Source of the DNA: Raja brachyura
Lineage: Eukaryota
Direction of reading: 5' to 3'
Assembly: GCA_963514005.1 (NCBI GenBank)
Contig: OY740804.1
Location: forward strand, 19,716,001 to 19,780,000
Length of the DNA stretch: 64,000 nucleotides
Part shown: piece by piece, positions 50,400 to 62,662 of the stretch
Position numbering within the stretch: position 1 is the stretch's first letter
Layout of the letters: every line of letters begins with the position of its first letter
Made by a program: the position numbers and the translations under genes
Notes under the pieces: generated by a model
What the model saw: only the letters and a program-made list of their open reading frames with translations
The model's database searches: none
Told to the model about the DNA's origin: nothing

Positions 50400-52480
50400 C
50401 GTAGGGTGGGAAACTGAGCAAGTCATTGAAAAGTCAGTGAGTAAGGTTTTCAGCAAAAGAGACTGGCCATAAGTCAGTAACAGAAAGGGATAAGGGTGTT
50501 ATAGAGATCATGGTCCAGAATTTGGAGATGAATGTGGAGTTTAATATCAAGGTTTAATAGCAAGGTCTTGAAAGGTAAACCGTGAGTAGCTATCTGCAGG
50601 TAATGGGAGCAGGAGTCATTCCAAAGTGATGAGAGTTTGGAGCGAATGATCCTATGAAGTGCAAGAAAAGCAAGACCAGGGTACTGTGTATGTCCAGGGA
50701 AAGCAAGGCCTGGATAAAACAATTAAAGAGAAGCATCAGGGACTAAAGAGGTGAAAACAGTTGAAGTCCTTCTGGAAAATCTAAAGTGTAGGAAGTAACT
50801 TGGAAAAGAGATTAGGAAATCAAAGATATTACAGGTGGAGAAGATTCCAAAGCCCATTTAAATTACATTTAAGAGCAAGGAGGTAACTAGGAATTGAGTG
50901 GGACCAAAGGGATAAAGGATCTAGGCGAGGCCTTTAACAAATATTTTTAATTTATATTCATATAGAGTAGAACATTTTATTTGGAGAATTCGGGGAGGGA
51001 AACAGTGATATTCTAGAACTTATTATAGGTAAGCCCTGTGTAGGGACATTCTAATTAGTGAAATATGTCCTCACAAAATTGACAAACATTTTTTGAAATA
51101 CTAAATAAAATTTGCTCTAATTGAATTTATTTTAAAAATTCTAATAAATAAGCAATTAATGTTTTCCAACCCGGTTTCTTGATGCATGTGCAGATGATGT
51201 AGGTTCACATTACGGAAAAATAACAACGCTGAACATTTTCTAGGAAAACAAGCCCCTCCTCTGAAATGCAAGGGGTGCCTGTGTCATTTAAAATGAATGT
51301 GAGATGTCTTGGCGGGTTTAAAGGTGGATCAATCCCCAGAGATTGAGGATGCATTCCAGGTCAAATGGGAAGTAAAGATGGAGATTGCTGAGCCCAGGCA
51401 GGGGTGTTCAAATGATCGCAGGCCACAGGCAAGGTTCAAGAGACCGGGGGACACCACATGTATCTTTATTGAAAAGGGGAGTAGACATGCCAAGTAATTG
51501 TATAGGCCAGTTCATCAATTGTCAGTGATTGGGAAATTATTGGGAAAACGATCTGAGGAACAAGCTTATTCTATTTTGGAAATGCAAGGATTGATCAAAG
51601 ATTGTTAACATGGTTTTGTTCAGTTGGGTGGGAATAAGATCGGTTTGACCAGATCAATTGAATTCATTCATTTTTAAAGTGGTGGTAAAAATTGATGTTA
51701 ATAGTGAGGAGGATAATCTTAAACCACAGGAAGATATTGATCACTTGATAAAATGTGCAGAGCAATGCAGAGGGAATTCAATCCTATAAGTGTGAGGTCA
51801 TGCAGTTTGGATGAACTAATAACACTGGGACATATACCATGAATGTAAGGCCCTAGTGAGTATTGATGAACGGAGGAATTGTGGGCGACAATTCACAGAT
51901 CCCTGACGGTGACAGCAAAGTGATGAAGAAAGTGCATGGGATACCTGCTCTAATTAGCCAGAGCGTTGAATATAAAAGAAGGGAGCTTTATAAAATATTG
52001 GTTAAGCTGCAACTGGAGTAATGTGTACTGTTCTCGTCTCCCTATTACAGGGAGGAATTGATCCTTTTTATAGAGAGCCTCTGCCAGAATCTGGAAGACC
52101 CTCTGTCAAAATATGGAATACCGTGTTGTGTTTTGTCTCCTTACCAAGGGAGGGGGATCTTGCCATCAAGGGAGTGCAGCTAACGTTTACCACACTGGTG
52201 TCAGGAATGGTAGATTTGCCTCACAAGGAGAGATGAAGTGGACTCGGCCCGTGCTCCCTCATATGCTCATTGAAATATACAAAATTCTTCCCAGGATTTA
52301 ACAGGCAGAGAGCAGAGAGGGCATGTCTCCCGGGCTGAGAAGACATGGATTAGGGGTCCCAGTCTGGGAATACTCCAATGCTTGGGTCTGAGGAGGCGAG
52401 GTCATTGAGTTCATTCAAAGCAGAGAGCGAGAGATTGCAGGAGTTTGAAGGAAAGAAGGGCAATGGGGATGGTGCAACAT
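50400..52480 (+). mobile_element. Highly decayed CR1 (also 49200-49780)
   Basis: Scattered CR1 motifs (GLKVDQSP, HGFV, CEVMQFG, LEY). Confidence 0.6.
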
Positions 52481-53089
52481 TTTGCTGAATTCAAAAAGAG
52501 CACCACTGCTGGTTTATAAAGGTTCACCATTACTTCCTTTGTACTCTTTCTTTGTATATAAAACACAAGAACTTGTGTTTTCAGCTTTTCACCTTTTCAG
52601 CCTGCTCGCTATTTTCAACAGGACACGCAAGTGCACCCTTGACAGCAGATACCACAGGATCTCTGTTCCTGTTACTTTTTATGTCTCGTTTACACCTTCT
52701 CTTCTCACTCACAATATTTCTCAGTATTAGATTTCACCTACCGACTACATGCCCATTCACTGGCCCTCCTAAATTCCCCTCAAAGATTATTACTTCCCTT
52801 AAAATTCACTACAGAGCCAAGGCTTATGGCATCTGTACATTTGGAAATAGGGCTTTGGGGCTTTGTACACTCAATTCTGAGGGGTCAAGGAAAGAGCGTT
52901 CACGTCGCGGCCCTGTTTTCACCAATCTTCCCACCACCGTGCACAAGAAACGCAAGACGGACACCATTGTATGCAGATGCTGAGAAGTGTGTTCAGCTCT
53001 GGCTGAACAACTTCGAATCTTGTGTGTGGACTCGACTAGAAGACTCATTTCTGAGAAAGGCTAACTTTCTTCGTAGCTTCCTGACATTG

Positions 53090-53314
53090 TCAAATCCTGC
53101 ACTAAAGGGCAGGAAGTGCAGACTAAGAGCAGAAAGCAGCAGACCATTCATACACATTTACCACTTCCTCCCTCTGCAGAATCAGAGAAGAAGGCATAGG
53201 GGTTGCAGTTCGTCGTTGAAGCTACAACTGACTACTACTCCCTCCTTCCAGACACTGCAGCAGCTCAACTGGTTGGGTCACCGACGAGGTAAAGCATCGC
53301 AGGCAGTGCCAGGG
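53090..53314 (+). promoter_or_regulatory. Gene D putative promoter with ETS/PU.1-type sites
   Basis: CAGGAAGT at 53110 and ACTTCCTC at 53163; no CCAAT array. Confidence 0.4.
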
Positions 53315-53360
53315 ATGAGCATTCCCTGTGGTGGTCTCCTGCTTTGGCTGATGTCTGCAG
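53315..53360 (+). CDS. Gene D exon 1, signal peptide MSIPCGGLLLWLMSA
   Basis: Hydrophobic leader, phase-1 donor CAG|GTAAGA. Confidence 0.78.
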
Positions 53361-53629
53361 GTAAGACTTTTGCTCTCCATCTACTGCCTGGCTCAGGCCA
53401 TGTCCTGGGGCATTTCTTTCACCGCACTGGGATGCCAAGACAGACCCACGGCCTTCTAGTCCCTCATCTCACTTTCCCTCACATTGTCCATCTCATGGTC
53501 AGTCTCTTCCTTCCCGCCCCCACCCACACAATATTTCTCTTGCTCTGCAACTTCCTGGCTGCGTCCCTTATTTCCTGGCCTTCTTTGTCTGTACTTTCTC
53601 CATTCTATTTCTCTCTCTCTCTCTCTCTC

Positions 53630-54070
53630 ATATAACCATATAACAATTACAACACGGAAACAGGCCTTCTCGGCCCTTCCAGTCCGTGCCGACCATTTAT
53701 TTTCCCCTAGTCCCATCTACCTGCACTCAGACCATACCCCTCCATTCCCTTCCCGTCCATATACCTATCCACTTTACTTTTAAATGTTAAAATCGATCCT
53801 GCCTCCACCACTTCTGCAGGAAGATCATTCCACACAGCCACCACTCTCTGAGTAAAGAAGTTCCCCCTCATGTTACCCCTAAACTTCTGTCCCTTAATTC
53901 TCATGTCATGCCCTCTTGTTTGAATCTTCCCTACCCTCAATGGGAAAAGTTTATCCACGTCAACTCTGTCTATCCCTTTCATCATTTTAAAGACCTCAAT
54001 TAAGTCCCCCCTTAACCTTCTGCGCTCCAAAGAATAAAGACCTAACTTGTTCAACCTTTCTCTGTAACTC
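53630..54070 (-). mobile_element. CR1 3' fragment
   Basis: Minus ORF 53707-54054. Confidence 0.9.
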
Positions 54071-54139
54071 TGTAATATACCCCCACTATCACTCTCCCTG
54101 TCATTGGCAGGGGTGCTCTCTGTGTCTCACAAATGTCAT

Positions 54140-55365
54140 TGAGTTTTTTGAAGATCCTTTCTCACAAATCTGATTATTTTTTGAAGACATGACCAAAAAG
54201 GTCGATGAGGGCAGAGCTGTCGTTGTATACATAGACTTCAGGAAAGCATTTGATAAGGTTCCGCATAGCAGGCTGCTCTGGACAGTTAGATCACATGGGA
54301 TCCAAGGAGAGATAGCTGAATGGATAGAAAATTGGCTTCATGGAAGGAAGCAGAGGGTGATGGTGGAAGGTTGCTTCTCGGACTGGAGGCCTGTGACTAG
54401 TGGTGTGCTTCAGGGTCCGCTGCTGGGCCCGGTACTGTTTGTCATCTATATCAATGATTTTGATGAGAACATACACGGTAAGATTAGCAAGTTTGCAGAT
54501 GATACAAGAGTGGGTGGTTTTGCAGATAGAGAAGATGGTTGTGAAAAATTGTAGCAGCATCTTGATCGATTGGACAGGTGGGCTGAGGGATGGTTGATGG
54601 AATTTAATACAGAGAAATATAAGATGTTGCATTTGGGATGTCTAATATGGGCAGGACATACACAGTGCATGGTCGGGCCCTGGGGAATGTTGTAGAATGT
54701 TGAAGGTGGAGTCGCAGGTTGTCAAAAAAGATTTTGACACATTGGCCTTTATCAGTCAGTATTGAGTATAGAAGTTGGGAGGTTATGTTGCAGCTGTATA
54801 AGACATTAGTGAGGCCGTATTTAGAGTATTGGGTTCAGTTCTGGGCACCATGTTACAGGAAAGATGTTGTCAAGCAGGAAAGGGTACAGAGAGGATTGAT
54901 GAGGATGTTGCCAGGATGAGACGGTCTGGGCTATAGGGAGAGGTTGAATAAGCTGGGACTCAATTCCTAGGATCACAGGAGGATGAGGGGTGATCTTATA
55001 GAGGTGTATAAAATCATGAGAGGAATTGATCGGGTAAATCGGGTAGTCTCTCTTGCCCTGAGTAAGTGAATCGAGGACCAGACGACAGGTTTAAGGTGAA
55101 GGGGAAAAGATTTAATAGAAATCTGAGGGTACCTTTTTCCATACAAAATGTGGTGGGTGTATGGAACAAGCTGACTGAGGAGAGAGTTAAAGCAGGGACT
55201 ATCTCAACATTTAAGAAACAGTTAGACAGGTTTATGAATAGGACAGATTTGGAGGGATATGGAACAAACGTGAGCAGGTGGGCCTAGTGTAGCTGGGACA
55301 TGTTGGTCGGTGTGGACAAGTTTGGTCGAAGGGCCTGTTTGCACACTGTTTCACACTATGACTCT
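54140..55365 (+). mobile_element. Decayed CR1
   Basis: [28 protein letters not shown]. Confidence 0.9.
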
Positions 55366-56648
55366 GTCTCTGTCTCTGTCTCCTGATCTCCATCTCATTT
55401 GTTCTCTCCGCATTGTCTCTCCGTGATGCTACCTCCATCTCGCTCTCTCCCTTTTTCTCCTTTTATTCACTCTATTTCCATTTTATGCCATTAATACCAT
55501 ACACACATTATGAACAAAACTGCTTATTCAGCCCACAGCTTCCTGTCACACAGCAAAAGATCAGGTTACGACTCCCCCACAGTGCCAAGCTCTCAGCACC
55601 TTACATCCCACAGTGGAGCGGTCCCTCATAGCCCCTCCCATAGTGCTCTGTTCCCACTCGTCCCACAACGTGGCGCTCCCTATCCCACTCCGTCCCAGAC
55701 CCCCTTCCACTGGCATGGAGCTCCCACCCTGCCCACTCCCCCACCCCACGGCACCGGGCTCTCTATCCCTCCCTTTGTGCAGTGCTCCCTCCCCGCCCCT
55801 CTCAGAGTGCGGCGTTCCCGCATTGTCCTTCCCACAGTGTAGGCATCATCCTCATCATCGCCCATCCTGCAGTTCAGTGCTTCCTCAGAACCGCTTCCCT
55901 CCCCAAAGTGGGAAGGGTGGGGAGCGAGCATTCTGGAGGCGCAGTGATGGACAGCACATTTATAGGAGAGATATAAACCAGGAGAGAGGATGGGAGAGAC
56001 TGAAGTAAAATTAGCCATGATCTAAGTTACGAAAAATTTGATGGGCTGATTGGCCACATGTTCCTGATTCAAATGTTCATGGGAGTCATAGAGATTGGGG
56101 GACGGTTTGAGACACAGCGGGGGAGGATGTGGGATCAAGAGGATACGGGGTCGGATGCAGGATGGGGAGGAGGAGTGAGAAAATCAATGGGGTGTAGGAG
56201 CGATGAGGGATGGAGGAAGGGGTGATGGGAGAGAGAAAGAGAGAGGGAGAAGGAGTGAGAGAGGGAGAGGGTGAGTGTGGGGATGTGTGGAGAGGGGTTG
56301 TGGGAAGGCAGCGTTGGGGGTGTGAGGAGAGATGTGTAATGGTGCTTTTGGGAGAGGGAGGGTGGGGGTATTAGGAGAGAGAGGGAGGGTGGGGTGTGAG
56401 GAGAGTGTGGGTGAGGATGTGGGGTGGGGGAATGGAGGGTGGGGGGTGTGTGGGAGGGGGTGGTGTGTGTGTGTGGGGGGGAGTGAGAGGTAATGTGGGG
56501 TGCTGAAGGGAAGGAGGGGCTTGGTGAGGGAGGGGGGTGTCTGGAAGGGGAGGGTGGGCTGTGTGGGAGGGTGGGGGGTTGTGAGGGAGGGAGTGGGTTG
56601 GGGAGGCAGAGGTGGAGCTCCATGCTGAGGGTGTCTCTGCTCTCCCAG

Positions 56649-56990
56649 TTGTTGGTGCCCTGGATGTGAAGGCCCCGGAGTACCCTGTCAATGCCAGCCT
56701 GCGGCAGCCGGCCTGGTTACCTGTACAGGTGGGCGCCCTGCCCCAGGACGCCGAGATCACCTGGAAATTCCAGGGCAAGGGACAGACGTCCCCGTCCATC
56801 ATCGTTCGCTACGAGGTCAAGGGGAAGCGAGTGAAGTACTTCGAAGGCACACAGTTCGAAAGTCGGGTGAAGCTGCTGGACAACTTTACCCTGGGGATCG
56901 ACAGCGTGAGGCTGGAGGATGTGGGGATCTACACCGTGTCGGTCGCTACCCCCACCGAGCATCGCGCACAGGTGTATCTGCAGGCGTACG
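56649..56990 (+). CDS. Gene D exon 2, cysteine-free IgV domain (CD2/SLAM/HEPACAM-like)
   Basis: Acceptor GCTCTCCCAG|, donor TACG|GTCAGT, 342 nt. EITWKF, FESRVKL, NFTLGI, EDVGIYTV. Confidence 0.92.
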
Positions 56991-57029
56991 GTCAGTCCCT
57001 TTCTGCCTCACCCTGCCCCTCCGCTTCTT

Positions 57030-57648
57030 GGATTTGAGTATAGGAGCAGGGAGGTTCTACTTCAGTTGTATAGGGTCTTGGTGAGGCCACACCTGGAGTA
57101 TTGCGTACAGTTCTGGTCTCCAAATCTGAGGGAGGACATTATTGCCATAGAGGGAGTGCAGCGAAGGTTCACCAGACTGATTCCTGGGATGTCAGGACTG
57201 TCTTATGAACAAAGACTGCATAGACTCGGTTTATACTCTCTAGAATTTAGGAGATTGAGAGGGGATCTTATAGAAACTTACAAGATTCTTAAGGGGTTGG
57301 ACAGGCTAGATGTAGGAAGATTGTTCCCGATGTTGGGGAGGTCCAGGACAAGGGGTCACAGCTTAAGGATAAGGGGGAAATCCTTTAGGACCGAGATGAG
57401 AAGGAGTTTTTTCACACAGAGAGTGGTGAGTCTCTGGAACTCTCTGCCACAGAGGGTAGTTGAGGCCAGTTCATTGGCTATATTTAAGAGGGAGTTAGAT
57501 GTGGCCCTTGTGGCTAAGGGAATCAGAGGGTATGGAGAGAAGGCAGGTACGGGATACTGAGTTGGATGATCAGCCATGATCATATTGAATGGCGGTGCAG
57601 GCTCGAAGGGCCGAATGGCCTACTCCTGCACCTAATTTCTATGTTTCT
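57030..57648 (+). mobile_element. Young 5'-truncated CR1
   Basis: Open ORF2 C-terminus to 57560 plus tail. Confidence 0.95.
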
Positions 57649-58029
57649 CTCCCGCTGCATGGAGACGGGGCAATGCTGGTGAAGGGTGTGCGCTCAATCC
57701 ATTCCCTCACTCCTCGGCAACGCGTCCCCTCCTGCCCGCTGCCCACTCACTGCCTGAACTTGTCCTCAGGAAAATGGAGCCGAGGCCAGGGTCAAGCCAG
57801 TCATGATCTCAGTGAGCGGGGAGCAGGCTCGAGGGGCTGAATGGTCTCCTCCTGCTCTTATTCCATGTTCTGATGTTCTCCTCACTCCAATGGGAACTGG
57901 TTAAACCTGGGGTGGAGGGGCGATTCCCTAGTCAGACTCTGGCTTTCCCATCTATATCAATGATTTGGATGAGAACGTACATGGAATGGTGATCAAGTTT
58001 GCAGATGACACAAAATTGTGGTATTGCAG

Positions 58030-58980
58030 ATAGTGCCCAGAAAATTCTGCCATTGCTGTTCCACCGTCTTCCCTGCTAGGATCCCTTTCCAGTCTACTTT
58101 GGCCAGCTCCCCTCTCATGCCTTCATAGTCCCCTTTGTTCAACTGCATCACTGCCACTTCCAATTTCACGTTCTCCTTCTCAAATTGCAGATTATAACTA
58201 ATCATATTATGATCACTTCCTCCAAGCGGTTCCTTTACCTCGAGTTCTCTTTATCAAATCTGGTTCATTGGACAACACTAAATCCAGAATAGCCTTTTCT
58301 CTGGTCGGCTCCATTACAAGCTGCTCTAACAATCCATCTCAGAGGCATTCTACAAACTCTTGGGGCCCTGAACCAACCTGATTTTCCCAGTCTACCTGCA
58401 TATTGAAATCCCCCATCACCACAGTGGCATTACCTTTGTTACATGCCAGTTTTAACTGCAACTTACACCCTACATCCGGGCTACTATTTGGGGATCTGTA
58501 GATAACACCAATTAGTGTCTTCTTGCCTCTGTAATTCGTCAACTCAATCCACAATGACTCTACCTCCTCAGTCCCTATATCCTCCCTCTCAAGGGACTGA
58601 ATTCCATGCCTCACCAGCAGAGCTACCCCCCCCCCCCCCCCCCCTTGGCCGACCTGCCTGTCCTTTCTATAGGATGTATAACCCTGAATATTAAGTTCCC
58701 AGGCCCGATCCTCCTGCAGCCACGTCTCGGTACCCCTAATATGTAATATCTACCAACCTCTAACTGAGCCTCAAGCTCATCTACTTTACTTCGTATACTT
58801 TGTGCATTTAAATACAATACTTTTAATTCCTTACACATCTCACCTTTCACATCGATCCCTATTACACTTGGCCATACTCTCCTATCCCTTCGAGAGTTTT
58901 TTTCCCGTTAATTCTGGGGTCATTAACTATCCCCTTACTCCCTTTCCCTTTAACTCCGTCCTTGACTATCCCATTTGACA
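58030..58980 (-). mobile_element. CR1 ORF2 endonuclease region
   Basis: LKVLYLNAQSIRSK, IGVIYRSPN, VVMGDFN. Confidence 0.88.
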
Positions 58981-59114
58981 CCACCGAAGTTGAGCTGCCG
59001 GAGGAGGTAGTTGAGGCAGGGACCATCACAATGTTTAAAAAGCAATTAGACAGTTACATGGATAGGACAGGATTAGAGGGATAGGAGTCAAATGCAGGCA
59101 TGTAGTAGATGCGA

Positions 59115-59210
59115 TAGTTACACAAAAGGCTGGAGAAACTCAGCGGGTGCAGCAGCATCTAAGGAGCGAAGGAGATAGGCGACGTTTCGGGTCGAAACCC
59201 TTCTTCAGAC
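59115..59210 (-). mobile_element. Penelope terminal repeat with intact hammerhead core (59181-59208)
   Basis: Reverse complement reads CTGAAGAAGGGTTTCGACCCGAAACGTC. Confidence 0.7.
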
Positions 59211-60012
59211 TGGATGCGATATATTGGTCGGTGTGGGCAAGTTGGGCTCAAGAGCCTGTATCCATGCTTTGTGACTCTATGACTCAGCCAGACATTGCTG
59301 GGTTAAATGATTGTGAATAAATTAGTCAGGACGATATTTCTGGGTGTGAGTGTGGTGTGTCCGTATGTGTCCGTGTCCTGCCTCACTCACTAGGGCACTA
59401 CTGTTTGATGTCCACTGTTTATTGTCCCTGCTTACAACATCAGAGCTCTGAAGTACTGTTCCAATGCCATTTCCTTTTCACACATCGGGTTCCCCTGCCT
59501 ATCTCATCACCATGCTCCATCCGGATTATTGGTTTAAGGATTATACAGATTTCTCAATGTTCGGCAAACTAAAAAGAATCTTCCATTCGCTACCTCTCTT
59601 TCCTCTTGCTCCTGCCATTTACTCTTGAAGGAGGAGCATCATAATGGATTTGCTTTTCACACCGCAGGAGGCCATTCGTCCCATTGGGACCAGACTGGCC
59701 CCCAGGGAACAGTCCCACAGTCCCATTCCTCTGCTCCTTATTTCCATCTAGGCCGGCAAGTGTTCGTTTTCTCTCTTTCTCTCTCTCATACACACACACG
59801 GGCAGGCACACAAAGCAGCTGCACTTAGATTCCACCAACACACAGACCAATGTATACAGGCAATGAACGTCTTTGAGATGTGGTAGGAAACTGGAGCACC
59901 CGGTGTAAACCCACAGCGTCAAGGAATTGAAACACAACCTGCGTGGATAGACTGAATGCATAGCACACCTTTTGATTTAGCTTGAAGAAGGGTCTCAATC
60001 TGAGTTGGGGAG

Positions 60013-60016
<4 letters not shown>

Positions 60017-60048
<32 letters not shown>
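60017..60048. repeat. (CA)n microsatellite
   Basis: About 15 CA units. Confidence 0.95.
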
Positions 60049-60050
<2 letters not shown>

Positions 60051-60153
60051 GGTGGGGTGAGAGGCATGCGGGTGGTCAAACAAGACGAGCTGGGCACAGA
60101 GGTGTGGCTCCCTGCGGTCCTGTACCAGAGACGGAATTGTGCCCTGGTTGCTT

Positions 60154-62360
60154 CATAGAAACATAGAAAATAGGTGCAGGAGTAGGCCATTCGGCCCTTC
60201 GAGCCTGCAGCGCCATTCAATGTGATCATGGCTGATCATCCAACTCAGTATCCCGTACCTGCCTTCTCTCCATACCCCCGATCCCTTTAGCCACAAGTGC
60301 CACATCTAACGCCCTCTTAAATATAGCCAATGAACTGGCCTCAACTACCTTCTGTGGCAGAGAATTCCAGAGACTCACCACTCTCTGTGTAAAGAATGTT
60401 TTCCTCATCTCGGTCCTAAAGGAAATCCCCCTTATCCTTAGACTGACCCTTTGTTCTGGACTCCCCCAACATCGGGAACAATCTTCCAGCATCTAGCATG
60501 TCCAACCCCTTAAGAATTTTGTAAGTTTCTATAAGATCCCCCCTCAATCTTCTAAATTCCAGCGAGTACAAGCCGAGTCTATCCAACCTTTCCTCATATG
60601 AAAGTCATGACATCCCAGGAATCAGTCTGGTGAATCTTCTCTGTACCCCCTCTATGGCAAGGATGTCTTTCCTCAGATTTGGAGACCAAAACTGTACGCA
60701 ATACTCCAGGTGTGGCCTCACCAAAACCCTGTACAACTGCAGTAGAACCTCCCTGCTCCTAACTCAAATCCTTTCACTATGAATGCTAACATACCATTTG
60801 CTTTCTTCACTGCCTGCTGCACCTGCATGCCTACTTTCAATGACTGGTGTACGATGACACCCAGGTCTCGTTGCATCTCCCCTTTTCCTAATCTGCCACC
60901 ATTCAGATAATAGTCTACCCTCATGTTTTTGCCACCAAAGTGGATAACCTCACATTTATCCACGTTATACTGCATCTGCCACGCATCTGCCCATTCACTC
61001 AGCCTATCCAAATCACCCTGCAGCCTCCAAGCATCCTCCTCACACCTAACTATACCCCCCAGCTTGGTGTCATCTGCAAATTTGGAGATGTTGCATTGAA
61101 TTCCCTCGTCCAAATCATTAATATATATTGTAAATAGCTGGGGTCCCAGCACTGAGCCTTGCGGCACCCCACTAGTCACTGCCTGCCATTCTGAAAAGGA
61201 CCCGTTTACTCCTACCCTTTGCCTCCTGTCTGCTAGCCAGTTCTCTATCCACATCAATACTGAACCCCCAATACCGTGTGCTTTAAGTTTGTATGCTAAT
61301 CTCTTATGCGGGACCTTGTCGAAAGCCTTCTGAAAGTCTAGATATAACATCCACTGGTTCTCCCTTATCCACTCTACTAGTTACATCCTCGAAAAATTCT
61401 ATCAGATTTGTCAGACATGATTTACCTTTCGTAAATCCATGCTGACTTTGTCCAATGATTTTACCACTTTCCAAATGCGCTGCTATCCCATCTTTAATAA
61501 CTGACTCTAGCAATTTCCCCACTACCGATGTTATACTAACTGGTCTGTAATTCCCCGCTTTCTCTCTCCCTCCTTTTTTAAAAAGTGGGGTTACATTAGT
61601 TACCCTCCAATCCTCAGGAACTACTCCAGAATCTAAGGAATTTTGAAAAATTATCACTAATGCATCCACTATTTCTGTGGCTACCTCCTTGAGTACTCTG
61701 GGATGCAGACTATCTGGCCCTGGGGATTTATCGGCCTTCAATCCGTTCAATTTACCCAACACCACCTCCCGGCTAACCTGGATTTCACTCAGTTCCTCCA
61801 TCTTATTTGACCCCCGTTCCACTGCTATTTCCGGCAGATTATTTATGTCTTCCTTAGTGAAGACAGAACCAAAGTAGTTATTCAATTGGTCTGCCATGTC
61901 CTTGTTCCCCATGATTAATTCACCTGTTTCTGACTGCAAGGGACCAACATTTGTTTTAACTAGTCTCTTTCTCTTCACCTATCTATAAAAACTTTTGCAG
62001 TCAAGTTTTATGTTCCCTGCCAGTTTCCTTTCATAATCTATTTTCCCTTTCCTAATTAAGCCGTTTGTCCTTCTCTGCTGGATTCTGAATTTCTCCCAGT
62101 CCTCCGGTAGGCTGCTTTTTCTGGCAAATTTGTATGCCTCATCTTTTGTTTTTATACTATCCCTGATTTCCCTTGTTATCCATGCATGCACCATCTTCCC
62201 CGATTTATTCTTTTGCCAAACTGGTATGAACAATTTTTGTCCATGCAGTCTTTAAATACCTTCCATCACACATCCACTGTCAACCCTTTAAGAATCACCT
62301 GCCAGTCTATCTTGGCCAATTCACATCTCATACCTTCAAAGTTACCTTTGTTCAAGTTCA
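60154..62360 (-). mobile_element. CR1 LINE, 5'-truncated, ~2.2 kb
   Basis: Minus RT ORFs 60718-62233 and CATAGAAA tail. Confidence 0.95.
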
Positions 62361-62386
62361 GATCCCTCTCCTCCTTTTCCCTGCAG

Positions 62387-62662
62387 AGCCGGTGTCTGGA
62401 GTCAGGGTGGAGGTGGCCAACAGCAGCTCTGGCCACTCCTGCAACTTGACTCTCCGGTGTTCCGCTGTGGCCGGAGACGAGTTGAACTTTGGCTGGAGCC
62501 CCGGGGCCGGCTCCCCCCTCGGGCAGATGTCTGACGGGGGCGACGAGCTCCTGCTGTCGCTGGTGGCCTCCGACAGAATCGACTACGCCTGCACTGTCTG
62601 GAATCCCGTCAGCCGTCAGACCACCAACTTCACCAGGGAGCATGTGTGTCAGCAGCACTCGG
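62387..62662 (+). CDS. Gene D exon 3, IgC2 domain of CD2/SLAM type (gene continues beyond the window)
   Basis: Acceptor CCTTTTCCCTGCAG|, donor TCGG|GTAGGT, 276 nt. EPVS..SCNLTLRC..W..YACTVWNPVS..C. Confidence 0.92.

Noticed and set aside
52826-53635. 269-aa ORF
   Set aside because: No recognisable domain; only the embedded leader exon 53315-53360 is supported.
56919-57560. 213-aa ORF as an Ig-LINE fusion protein
   Set aside because: It is in a different frame from the V exon and simply runs into a young CR1 ORF2 tail. The V frame has a proper donor at 56990.
2565-62662. Rearranging antigen-receptor (Ig/TCR/IgNAR) V segments
   Set aside because: No canonical cysteines, no RSS at the exon ends, and each V exon already includes its G strand and a splice donor.
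2565-62662. Specific gene symbols (CD2, CD48, CD58, SLAMF, HEPACAM, CEACAM)
   Set aside because: Only family-level similarity is visible; orthology needs phylogeny and synteny.
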